Shown: positions 39,412 to 47,979 of the stretch, piece after piece
Layout of the letters: each line of letters starts with the position of its first letter
Position numbering within the stretch: the stretch's first letter is position 1
Source: Ignavibacteriota bacterium
Lineage (GTDB): Bacteria; Bacteroidota; Ignavibacteria; UBA10030; UBA6906
Reading direction: 5' to 3'
Length of the DNA: 64,000 nucleotides
Assembly: GCA_963811705.1 (NCBI GenBank)
Contig: CAWESL010000008.1
Coordinates: 454,673 to 518,672 of the forward strand
Notes under the pieces: generated by a model
What the model saw: only the letters and a program-made list of their open reading frames with translations
Databases searched by the model: none
What the model was told of the DNA's origin: nothing
Program-made: the position numbers and the translations under genes

Positions 39412-42400
39412 TTACGCACCACGATCGTGTTGGGCAACTACCCGAACGGGCGGTTTGCCGCTAAAGTGAATGCATGTGCCCGTCCCCGGAGAGCCGGTGA
39501 TCGTCAGTATTCCTTTAAGGGTCTTCGCACGTCGGCGCATGTTTGAAATTCCATGCCCTGCTGTGATTTGCGCCGGATCGAAGCCTTTACCGTCGTCCGA
39601 GAGCTCAAGGATGAGAATGCCATCCTCGAACGACATCACGAGGGTGCTGTTTCTCGCTCCCGTCGCGTGGCGGACGACATTCGTCAGAGCTTCCTTGAAG
39701 ATCCGTGCCAGGTTCATACGCCACTCCGTGGTGAGGTGTATTCTTTCAAACTCAGGGGTAAGTCCCATGAGTCGGAAGGCGATCTCCGTGGATTCAAAAT
39801 GCCCATCGCTGAAGTTCTTCAAATATTCCGCCAGGTCCCGAAGGGAATCCTTTGCCGGGTCCATCTGCCATATCATCTCGCGCATCTCGTGGATCAGCGC
39901 GTTGGCATCGCCCGACAGCCTGCGGAGTTGCGTCGTGAGCGTTTTCCCTGCCTTGAACTGTGTCTGTTCCAGGACACTCGCGGTCATGGAAATCTTTGCC
40001 GCCCTGGCGCCCAGTTCGTCGTGGAAATCCGCAGCCATCTTACGACGGAGTTGTTCCAGCTCAAAAGTCATCGCGCGTTCGATCCGCAATGCGCGTTGTA
40101 TCCGGTAGCGCTGGGTCAGTAATGCCGATGCCAACACTATGGCGATCATGCATGCCCAGAACCACGGCTCCATCCAGAACGGTGGAGAAACATCGATGAC
40201 GAGGGAGAATGGTTCGCGGGTCCACTCCCCGTCGCTATTTGACGCCCTGATTTTGAGAACATAACGGCCGGGGGGGAGGTACGCGTAGTTCGCCTGTCGA
40301 ACCGTCGATGGTGTGGTCCAGCCTGAATCGAGGCCTTCCATCGTCCAACGATAGAGGTTCTTCGAAGGATCCTTGGTATGCAGAGCGACGAAGGAAAAAC
40401 TCAGAAGGCGCTGGTCGTACGGGAGCGTCAATGGAGAACCACTTGAGAAGGGCGGGGTTCCCACAGAATTCATCGCGAAGGATCGCACAGAGGTCACAAC
40501 GATGGTCGGTTGGATCGCATTAAATGTCCCCGATGGATCAAACGCACTGAAACCCTTGTCGCCCCCGATGAAGATCCTTCCGTCCCTTGCAGTGTATGCG
40601 GCGCCCAGATTGAACCCGTTCTCCGTAAGTCCATCTGCCACGAAAAACTTTGTGATCGTGCCTGTCGAGGGATTGAAGCGTGAGAGGCCGATTGACGTCG
40701 TCAGCCAGAGCATTCCGCTCGCATCCTGTTCCACTCCATACACGGTATCGTTGGAGAGGCCGTCCGACTCATCCCACGACTCCGTGTTCCCGGTGTCGAG
40801 GTCCGCTTTGACGAGTCCATGGCCGTCCGTTCCGAGCCATACGATCCCGCGATTGCTGGCATCCGGACGGATCGCAAATACGGTCGTCGCTGAGAGGTCG
40901 ATGCCGTTTCGTAATCGAAGCGGAACACGTTGATAGCCATCTGTTGCCGGATCCAATCGAACGAGTCCATGCCTCCAGGTTCCCAGGAGGAGTCGTCCCC
41001 TATCGTCAGCGACAATGGTGGTGATCCACGCCACGCTTTCGTGATCCAAGTACAATGGATGAGGGGTGAGAACGCCGTTTCGCTGATCGTACGACAACAC
41101 TCCGCTGCCGTTGGTACCGATCCAGAGCAGACCCCGCGTATCCTTGAAGAGAGCATAGATGGAAGTTTCAGTACCGTCCCGACGAGGGCGCAAAATGTGT
41201 GAGAGATCGGTGAAACCGGTTGCGGTGCGTTCAACCTTGTAGACTCCCGCCCGGAGCGTCGCCACCCAGAACGAAGGTCGTCCACCGGAAGAATCCTCCA
41301 GGATAGCGCGCACGGCTTCGGAACATTGCCACGATCGTATACAGTTGCCCGACGCCAGGTCCATCTCGCGCAGCGACGCACCGGTCCCGACAAGAATTCG
41401 TTGGACAGGATCTCGAGCGGGCTGACAGAAGGACCAGACCGCATTCTCCTTTACGATCGCCGCGCCAGTGTGCTGTGACTGATAGAACGCAAACCGGATC
41501 ATTCCAGGAGTGAACTTTCTCACTCCGTCCGCATGCGTGCCTATCCAGACGCTTCCGAACCGGTCCCCGTAGAGTGCGAGAATGCAACACGATCGACCTT
41601 CATCGCGCTGTGTTTCCAGTGGCAGAAACGGTGTCGACGATTCCGAGGCGAAGCGAAGATGGGAGCGAACGAAGACGCCGCGGTCGCGTGTGCCCGCCCA
41701 AAGTCCTTGCTGGAGGTCCTCGCCAAGCGATGTCACTTCGATACCGTCGATGAGCCCTTTTGTGATCGCCTTGAGCAGGGGATCGTACCTATCCAATCCC
41801 CGCCGTGTGCCGATCCATATCGAGCCGAGACTATCACACAGCAGCGCCCGGACGGTATCACACGAAAGAGCCGACTTCCTTTCTTTTGTTCCGCTGAAGC
41901 GGGAAATTCGGTCGGTCCGTGGTTCCCATCGGAAAAGCCCGCCCGGAGTGCCGAAGTAATACGCTCCATCCAGGCCCTTGCACATTGCCGCAACGTTTCT
42001 GTTGCGGAGTTCATTTCCAAGGGCACCGGTCATTTCGGAAAGTCTGAAGGAATTCTTCTCTTCCGTGAGGATCGACAAACCTCCTGTCGTTCCCACAAAG
42101 AGCTGACCACTGTCCATCGGCATGAAGGACGTAATGGCAGCGGATCGCGCAGGCAATCCCCATCGCTCAAACGAGTCGGTGGAGCGATTGTAGCGTGTCA
42201 TCCCCTCAAGGTCCCAACCCACCCACACCTCGTTTCGCCACTCGATGATGGCCCCGGCGCGATCGGTGATCGAACCCTGTTTCTCCCCATCCCTCGCCTG
42301 GTACTTCCGAATGGTATAGCCGTCGAATTTGTTGACGCCATCTTCGGTACCGAACCAGAGGAACCCGAGACTGTCCTGGAAGATTGCATAGACTGAATTG

Positions 42401-42627
42401 TGAGTGAGGCCGTCGTCAACGGTGATACGGTCAGAGGGCGCTGGCTTTCGCTGCGCATGGAGGGGTCCCACCAGGCAGGCAGTCGCGGCGAGGAACATCA
42501 CTATCGATGTGGCGATGCGCCGCCATCGATAATCGGAATGATCGACGGACATGAGGCAGAAAGTGTACGGAGTGGAACGTTTGGATTCACCGAGGAACGC
42601 AGTCGGTTTCAGGATCGAAACCGGCAC
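39412..42627 (-). CDS. Sensor histidine kinase with beta-propeller (Reg_prop/Y_Y_Y) periplasmic region, HisKA_3 type
   Basis: Repeated D..G.LW.GT..G blades, Y..LPPG.Y, PPFW TM, ADFHDELG, EALTN, DDGKGF, GHGISNM; start uncertain. Confidence 0.92.
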   Translation of the reverse strand: MPVSILKPTAFLGESKRSTPYTFCLMSVDHSDYRWRRIATSIVMFLAATACLVGPLHAQRKPAPSDRITVDDGLTHNSVYAIFQDSLGFLWFGTEDGVNKFDGYTIRKYQARDGEKQGSITDRAGAIIEWRNEVWVGWDLEGMTRYNRSTDSFERWGLPARSAAITSFMPMDSGQLFVGTTGGLSILTEEKNSFRLSEMTGALGNELRNRNVAAMCKGLDGAYYFGTPGGLFRWEPRTDRISRFSGTKERKSALSCDTVRALLCDSLGSIWIGTRRGLDRYDPLLKAITKGLIDGIEVTSLGEDLQQGLWAGTRDRGVFVRSHLRFASESSTPFLPLETQRDEGRSCCILALYGDRFGSVWIGTHADGVRKFTPGMIRFAFYQSQHTGAAIVKENAVWSFCQPARDPVQRILVGTGASLREMDLASGNCIRSWQCSEAVRAILEDSSGGRPSFWVATLRAGVYKVERTATGFTDLSHILRPRRDGTETSIYALFKDTRGLLWIGTNGSGVLSYDQRNGVLTPHPLYLDHESVAWITTIVADDRGRLLLGTWRHGLVRLDPATDGYQRVPLRLRNGIDLSATTVFAIRPDASNRGIVWLGTDGHGLVKADLDTGNTESWDESDGLSNDTVYGVEQDASGMLWLTTSIGLSRFNPSTGTITKFFVADGLTENGFNLGAAYTARDGRIFIGGDKGFSAFDPSGTFNAIQPTIVVTSVRSFAMNSVGTPPFSSGSPLTLPYDQRLLSFSFVALHTKDPSKNLYRWTMEGLDSGWTTPSTVRQANYAYLPPGRYVLKIRASNSDGEWTREPFSLVIDVSPPFWMEPWFWACMIAIVLASALLTQRYRIQRALRIERAMTFELEQLRRKMAADFHDELGARAAKISMTASVLEQTQFKAGKTLTTQLRRLSGDANALIHEMREMIWQMDPAKDSLRDLAEYLKNFSDGHFESTEIAFRLMGLTPEFERIHLTTEWRMNLARIFKEALTNVVRHATGARNSTLVMSFEDGILILELSDDGKGFDPAQITAGHGISNMRRRAKTLKGILTITGSPGTGTCIHFSGKPPVRVVAQHDRGA
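39437..39453. promoter_or_regulatory. Candidate NarL-type operator (copy 2)
   Basis: ACTACCCGAACGGGCGG, 87 bp upstream of the response regulator start, inside the kinase 3' end. Confidence 0.4.
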
Positions 42628-42773
42628 TCAGGCAGGCAAGACAAGGTAATCCGAACCGAACCGAGTATCAAGCGCATCGTTGAGTACTCGCAGACGAGAG
42701 AAGAAAACTCTTGAACAAGGCGACCCGGGACGCGTTGTTGCTTGGTTATTAGCAGGTTTCTCAGATCGATCAT

Positions 42774-43811
42774 TTACTCATCCACCGGCGTCCACCGGTC
42801 CAGAAGCTTCTCCGGGATCCCGTCGATAAACCGCGATGGCTTCGAAAGGATCATCCCACTCTCGCGGTCGTAAACGTTGATCGGGTAGGTAATATAAAGG
42901 TGCTCCTTCGCCCGGGTGCAAGCGACGTACATCAGGCGCCGTTCTTCTTCAATCGCGTCATCGTCCGTCGCCGCCCGCGCGGCCGGAAATCGTCCCTCCA
43001 ACGCGTACATCACGAAAACCGTGTTCCACTCAAGACCTTTCGCGCTGTGAATCGTCGAGAGGATCAGCTTCTCATCGTCGCTCCCGGGATCGCTGATGTC
43101 CGCGACGCTCTCCGTTGCCGGCTCAAGCGCAAGATCCGTCAGCAGCGTCGACAGTGAACGGTAGCGCTCAGTAATTTGCACGAACATCTCCAGGTCCTTC
43201 GCGCGCTTGTTGTGATCGTCGTACCGGAGTTTGAAGATCGGCTCATAGTACTGCAAGAGGCGCTGCACACGATCCGTCGGACTCAAATGTTCGGCGGAGG
43301 CGTCCTTCAGGGTCGCAAACAACGGGACGGTCTTCTCGGGGTAGGAATTGTAGCTCGGCCAAAAGGACGGGAGCCGGGTCGACGTCGCATCGCCGGCAGG
43401 TCCGACTCGTTTTGAAAGAATATCATCGAGAATCTTCTCGGCCGTGCGGGGGCCGACACCGTCCACCAGAAGCAGAATCCGGTTCCATGCGACAGCATCG
43501 CGGGGATTGTCCAGCACCCGGAGATAGGAGACGATATCCTTGATGTGGGCTGTTTCCATCAGCTTCAGGCCGCCGTACTTCACAAACGGGACGTTCGCCT
43601 TGGTGAGTTCCACCTCAAGATCGAAAGAAAGAAAGCCCGACCGGAACAGCACCGCAATCTCGCCCAAGGAGATCCCTTCTTCACGCAATTCGAGCACCTT
43701 CTGCACGATGAACCGCGATTGAATGTTCTCCGTCTGAGCGGCAATAATGGCCGGCAGCTCCCCTCCCAATTTGTGCGTGTACAGTTCCTTCGAAAATTTG
43801 TGCCGGGTCAT
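42774..43811 (-). CDS. uvrD: UvrD/PcrA-like SF1A helicase, C-terminal half
   Basis: AVLFR, STIHSAKGLEW, EEERRLMYVACTRAK; own ATG overlapping the HMT stop (ATGA) with AGGAAGG upstream. Confidence 0.88.
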   Translation of the reverse strand: MTRHKFSKELYTHKLGGELPAIIAAQTENIQSRFIVQKVLELREEGISLGEIAVLFRSGFLSFDLEVELTKANVPFVKYGGLKLMETAHIKDIVSYLRVLDNPRDAVAWNRILLLVDGVGPRTAEKILDDILSKRVGPAGDATSTRLPSFWPSYNSYPEKTVPLFATLKDASAEHLSPTDRVQRLLQYYEPIFKLRYDDHNKRAKDLEMFVQITERYRSLSTLLTDLALEPATESVADISDPGSDDEKLILSTIHSAKGLEWNTVFVMYALEGRFPAARAATDDDAIEEERRLMYVACTRAKEHLYITYPINVYDRESGMILSKPSRFIDGIPEKLLDRWTPVDE

Positions 43812-44653
43812 GCAATCGCCTTCCTGAGCATACGGATGTATTCCGGTGTCGTGCCGCAACATCCCCCGATGAACGTCGCGCCGAGTGCCGCCCAGCGCTG
43901 CGCGTACACGATGTAGTCTTCCGCCGCGATGTCGCACTCCATCGAGCCGTCGTGTTCATCGCCCGGCAGACCGACGTTCGCATAGACGCCGAAGGGAAGC
44001 GCTGACGCCGTGCGCAGGCGGTGGATGGCAATCCGCATGAAGCGCGGCGAAATACAATTGAGCGCGAGCGCCCACGGCCGGCAATCGTTGACGGCCTCCA
44101 CGGCGTCTTCGATCGGGTGCCCGTCGTAGAGATCTCCCGTTGTGGAGCAGAGAAAACTGACGACCGTCGGCAAACCCGTCGACGTTGCGGCCGTGCATGC
44201 CGCATGGGCTTCTCTCGCCGTCCCCATGGTTTCGCAGAGAAGCATGTCCACTCCGGCGTTCGCGAGACGCCGCGCATGGAGGGCGTGCTCCGCGGCGAGT
44301 TCCTCATCCGAGGGGACGAGGTCCGGACGATAGCAGTCTTCCAGCGGGGCGATCGATCCTGCGATTCTTACCGATCGATCAGGAAAGGCCGCGCGTGCCT
44401 GCTTCGCCAGGTCGACCGCCAGTGATGTAAGCTCTTCCGATCGGTCCGGGATTCCGGTAAGCCTGAATGTTCTCTGCGTTGTCCGGAACGTGTTGGTCGT
44501 TATGATGTCCGCACCTGCGGCAATGTACTCTTCATGAATGGTCCGCACCAGGCCCGGATCATCGATCAACGCATTCGCCGACCAGAGCGGAAGCCGCACA
44601 TTGGCTCCGCGCCGGGCAAGCTCAGTCCCCATGGCACCGTCTAGGAGCATCAT
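43808..44653 (-). CDS. Homocysteine S-methyltransferase family protein, lying between the two uvrD halves
   Basis: LLDGAMGTEL, GADIITTNTF, LNC, GGCCGTTPE zinc ligands. Confidence 0.92.
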   Translation of the reverse strand: MMLLDGAMGTELARRGANVRLPLWSANALIDDPGLVRTIHEEYIAAGADIITTNTFRTTQRTFRLTGIPDRSEELTSLAVDLAKQARAAFPDRSVRIAGSIAPLEDCYRPDLVPSDEELAAEHALHARRLANAGVDMLLCETMGTAREAHAACTAATSTGLPTVVSFLCSTTGDLYDGHPIEDAVEAVNDCRPWALALNCISPRFMRIAIHRLRTASALPFGVYANVGLPGDEHDGSMECDIAAEDYIVYAQRWAALGATFIGGCCGTTPEYIRMLRKAIA

Positions 44654-44654
44654 T

Positions 44655-44790
44655 GAGTACGCAGTAGGCAGTAAGGAGTATGCAGAAAACATACTGGATT
44701 CAGCCGGGAGTAGGAAGTATGACGTAGGAAGTAGGAAGAAAGCGGAGGCATTCGTCCCCCCCATCTTCCCATCTCCCCCATCCCCTCTCT
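44655..44790. repeat. Short 7/8-mer tandem arrays in the uvrD interruption spacer
   Basis: AGTACGC/AGTAGGC/AGTAAGG/AGTATGC; AGTAGGA/AGTATGA/CGTAGGA/AGTAGGA; CCCATCTY-type octamers abutting the uvrD-N stop. Confidence 0.75.
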
Positions 44791-45860
44791 CAGTCTCTCG
44801 CCCGCCGTATAATCTCGTTCGTTAAATCCAGAATCGGCTGTGTGCTCCGGTAATTCTCTTCGAGCTTGATGATTTTACAGTCGTCATACTGCTCGGGGAA
44901 CTCGAGGATGTTCCGCACGGTCGCGCCGCGGAAGCTGTAAATCGATTGCGCGTCGTCACCGACCACCATGACGTTGTGATGCCGGGAAGCGAGGAGCTGG
45001 ACGATTTCGGCCTGGATGAGGTTCGTGTCCTGGTATTCGTCCACCATGATGTATTTGTACCGGTCGCAAATCTTGGTCCGGACTTGGTCCACGTCGCGGA
45101 GCAGTTTCCGCAGATAGAGGAGAAGATCGTCGTAATCCATGAGATTGTGGCGCGATTTATATTCTTCGAATGCCCGTTGGAGCTGTCCGATCTCTTCAAG
45201 ATATCCTTCGTAGTGCGGGTATTCGTCCCGAAGCACCTCACGAAGCGGCCGGACGGTGTTGACTGCCTTGGAGAAGATATCGTAGAGCGTCTGCTTCCGC
45301 GGAAAGCGCTTCTCCTTCGTGTCGAACTTCAGCTTCGTCCGGAGCAGGTTCACCACATCTTCAGCGTCTCCCTGGTCAAGGATGCTGAACGATGACTCGA
45401 ACCCCACGAGGGGAGCGTACTGCCGCAGGACGAGGTTCGCGAAGGAATGGAAGGTCCCGCCGGCGACGTTTTCACAGCGGGCATCGAGCAGCATCGACGC
45501 CCGGCGCAGCATTTCTTGCGCCGCCCGGCGAGTGAACGTCAGGAGGAGGATAGCCTCCGGCTTGACACCCAGCTCGACGAGATAGGCGACGCGATAGACG
45601 ATCGTCCTGGTTTTCCCGGTGCCGGCGCCGGCGACGATGAGGTGCGGCCCGTTGACGGAAGACGCTGCCTCGTATTGCGCGGCATTCAGTTCGTTCCGGT
45701 AGTCGATCTTGAACTTCTGGGGAAGCGACGGTGCCGGTTCGAGCCCTGCGTCCGGGGTTTTCTTGAGGACGTATTTTTTCAACGTTGTTCGGTCTTGGTG
45801 CTCCAATTGGAAATTGGCAGTTGGGAATTCCCACGTGGCAATTGGGAACTGCCAATTCAT
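44790..45860 (-). CDS. uvrD: UvrD/PcrA-like SF1A helicase, N-terminal half
   Basis: Q motif LNAAQ, AGAGTGKT, TFHS, VDEYQD, VGDDAQSIYSFRG, EENYRS then stop; start is ATG 45860 (coupled to DUF72) or TTG 45782. Confidence 0.9.
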   Translation of the reverse strand: MNWQFPIATWEFPTANFQLEHQDRTTLKKYVLKKTPDAGLEPAPSLPQKFKIDYRNELNAAQYEAASSVNGPHLIVAGAGTGKTRTIVYRVAYLVELGVKPEAILLLTFTRRAAQEMLRRASMLLDARCENVAGGTFHSFANLVLRQYAPLVGFESSFSILDQGDAEDVVNLLRTKLKFDTKEKRFPRKQTLYDIFSKAVNTVRPLREVLRDEYPHYEGYLEEIGQLQRAFEEYKSRHNLMDYDDLLLYLRKLLRDVDQVRTKICDRYKYIMVDEYQDTNLIQAEIVQLLASRHHNVMVVGDDAQSIYSFRGATVRNILEFPEQYDDCKIIKLEENYRSTQPILDLTNEIIRRARD

Positions 45861-46861
45861 AATTTCTTGGCCGGGTACGCCTCCAGCGTGTCGAGGATCC
45901 CCTCGATCGTCTTCGGCGAATTCCCTTCGGCACGATTGTTCACGTACACATAGAGTGCGCGCTTTTCCGCGACGCACCGGTGCACCGCCTCGACAATTCC
46001 TTCCCGGAGTTCCGGGTTTTCTTCTTTGAGATGATCGTACGGCTTGAACATTTCCACCGCCTGTTCGTAGGTCCGTCCCGGTTTCAACAAGGCCCGGACG
46101 ACCGAAAAGTCCGTCGTCAACGTTCCCGAGATCCCGACCTGGCGGATGATCGGCGGCATGCGGGTCCAGTTGTTGAAGACATGCGAGACGCCGTGATCGG
46201 CGAGGAGCTTCAGGTAATCGCTCGTGAGAAAATCGCTGTTCCGTACCTCGACCGCATAGGAATACCCCCGGGGGAGCTTGGACAGAAAGTTCTCGAGGAG
46301 TGCCACGAAGCGTTCGTCGTCGATCCCGGAGTTCGGGTAGAATGTCGAGAACTCGAAAATGATCGCTCCCCGTTTTGTGCCGAGTGCGTCGAGCGGGCGG
46401 AGAAACGCGTCTTCGAAGAGGGCTGCGTTCAGAAAGTCCGGATTGTCCTTTCCGGCGAGAGCTCCGTAACGGGCGATGCCGGGATACCGGAACACGGTAA
46501 TTCTGTCGGTCACCTTCAGCGCGAGGCGAAAACCATCGGGGGTCTGATCATTGATGCGCTCCATCGTCTCGCGGTCGGGAAAATCGTAAAGCGCGAAATC
46601 CGCGCACACCGTCGGGAACAGCGCGGCATACTCCGCGAGGCATTCCTGCTCGAAGCTGCGCTGTGAGGCATATCGCCGGTTATACACCATCCCTTTCCAC
46701 CCCGGATATTTCCAGGACGACGATCCGAAGAGGATCCCGCGTGAGGCCCATGTCTCGAGCCGACTCTTGTTCCGTTCGACATACTCCGACGTCGGCGGCG
46801 GGGCTTCCGGAAAGAGCGGAAGGGTCGCATCCGCTGTTGGTGTCCGCTTCTTTTTTGGCAT
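45857..46861 (-). CDS. DUF72 family TIM-barrel protein
   Basis: GSSSWKYPGWKG.VY, YA..F.TV..D, YAVEVRN, YVYVNNRAEG. Confidence 0.88.
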   Translation of the reverse strand: MPKKKRTPTADATLPLFPEAPPPTSEYVERNKSRLETWASRGILFGSSSWKYPGWKGMVYNRRYASQRSFEQECLAEYAALFPTVCADFALYDFPDRETMERINDQTPDGFRLALKVTDRITVFRYPGIARYGALAGKDNPDFLNAALFEDAFLRPLDALGTKRGAIIFEFSTFYPNSGIDDERFVALLENFLSKLPRGYSYAVEVRNSDFLTSDYLKLLADHGVSHVFNNWTRMPPIIRQVGISGTLTTDFSVVRALLKPGRTYEQAVEMFKPYDHLKEENPELREGIVEAVHRCVAEKRALYVYVNNRAEGNSPKTIEGILDTLEAYPAKKL

Positions 46862-46952
46862 GATGCAATATACGAACGCAGGGAGAGGAAAGAAAAAGTC
46901 CACAGACGCGTGGACTTTTTCATGACCGACCGGACAACATCGCGTGAGAGGC

Positions 46953-47756
46953 TCAGCCACCCATGCCGGCCTGCATGCCGGTGATCAGGGCGAACGCCAC
47001 CCAGAGGATCCAGAGCGCGAACACAAGCACGAGGACCTTGGTCAGGTCCTTCATGAAGAGGCGTGAGAGGCCGATGCTCACCACGCCGAGGTCCCAGAAC
47101 GTAAACAGATTGATCTTTGCCAGGAGGAGGTGAATTTTATTGTCGACCGAGAAGCTGTCGAGGACAAAGAGAGCAAGGTTTGGTCCGGCATGGAGTTTAT
47201 CGAACCCGATGGCCATGATCGTTGTGACGATGGACTCGAGGCACCCGATGAAGAAGGTCAGCCCGACCACCTCCACCACTTTCATATACGGTGCGTTGAC
47301 TTTCATCACTGTTTTGCCGAGCAGCCAGTAGACCAGGCAGACAAAGAACAATCCGATGGGGACGATGATCACGAGTGATCCGGCGGTGGTGATCGTCATC
47401 CACGGCGAACTGGGGTCGGTGAATTTTTCCATCTGTTCGCGGGCCTGGTCGGCCTGTTCGGCAGTCATCTTTCCGTTCTGGATCTGTTCCTGGAGTCGTT
47501 TTTCCGACTGCTGGGAGATCTGATCTTTGAGCTGACTGGCGAGCGACGGGTTGCGCAACGTGAGTTGTGACATGCCGAACGCAATGAGGATGAAGATGAT
47601 CAACGGCACGACCCAATTGGAGGGAGTCGATGCGGTGTTGCGGACGTTGTCGAACAGCTCACTGGGCGCCGCGAAGATATTCGTCAGTCGTTCCGTGAAC
47701 GACATTGGTGCGACGGGCGGTTCACCGGTTGCTTGCGGGGTAGTGGTGTCTTCCAT
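46953..47756 (-). CDS. Yip1 family membrane protein
   Basis: IFAAPSELF, TM / soluble helix / multi-TM layout, INLFTFW; AGGAG RBS. Confidence 0.8.
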   Translation of the reverse strand: MEDTTTPQATGEPPVAPMSFTERLTNIFAAPSELFDNVRNTASTPSNWVVPLIIFILIAFGMSQLTLRNPSLASQLKDQISQQSEKRLQEQIQNGKMTAEQADQAREQMEKFTDPSSPWMTITTAGSLVIIVPIGLFFVCLVYWLLGKTVMKVNAPYMKVVEVVGLTFFIGCLESIVTTIMAIGFDKLHAGPNLALFVLDSFSVDNKIHLLLAKINLFTFWDLGVVSIGLSRLFMKDLTKVLVLVFALWILWVAFALITGMQAGMGG

Positions 47757-47827
47757 GGAGGCTCCTTTTGTGGGTTGGAGACGGGGCAACGTAGTGAAAA
47801 ACCTTTTGAGAATCAACGGTTTTGAAT

Positions 47828-47880
47828 ACGACATTTTTGTCGTTGCGTGACTTGACAGAGCGACAAATTTGTCGTATTCT
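47828..47880 (+). promoter_or_regulatory. dinB-operon promoter with two CGACA-N4-TGTCG palindromic operators
   Basis: ACGACA-TTTT-TGTCGT 47828-43; TTGACA 47852-57; CGACAAATTTGTCG 47861-74; TATTCT 47875-80 (17-bp spacing). Confidence 0.75.
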
Positions 47881-47900
47881 TTTGTCGGAACTCACCCTGG

Positions 47901-47972
47901 TCCCCCCATCTCCCTATCTCCCCATCTCCCCTTCGCGCGAAGGGGGGAAGGGGAGAACGGGGGAGGGGGAGA
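47901..47972. repeat. Pyrimidine/purine octamer hairpin element, copy 1
   Basis: (CCCCATCT)n-CCCCTTCGCGCGAAGGGG-(GGGAGA..)n; similar element at 51243-51330. Confidence 0.7.
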
Positions 47973-47979
47973 AAGAGCT

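Noticed and set aside
35830-42773. Prophage or ICE
   Set aside because: No integrase, phage or conjugation genes between the direct repeats
43812-44789. uvrD interruption as an intein, self-splicing intron or IS element
   Set aside because: In-frame stop precedes it; no intein terminal residues, RT/maturase, homing nuclease or transposase; no terminal inverted repeats or clear target duplication; the insert is an ordinary HMT enzyme
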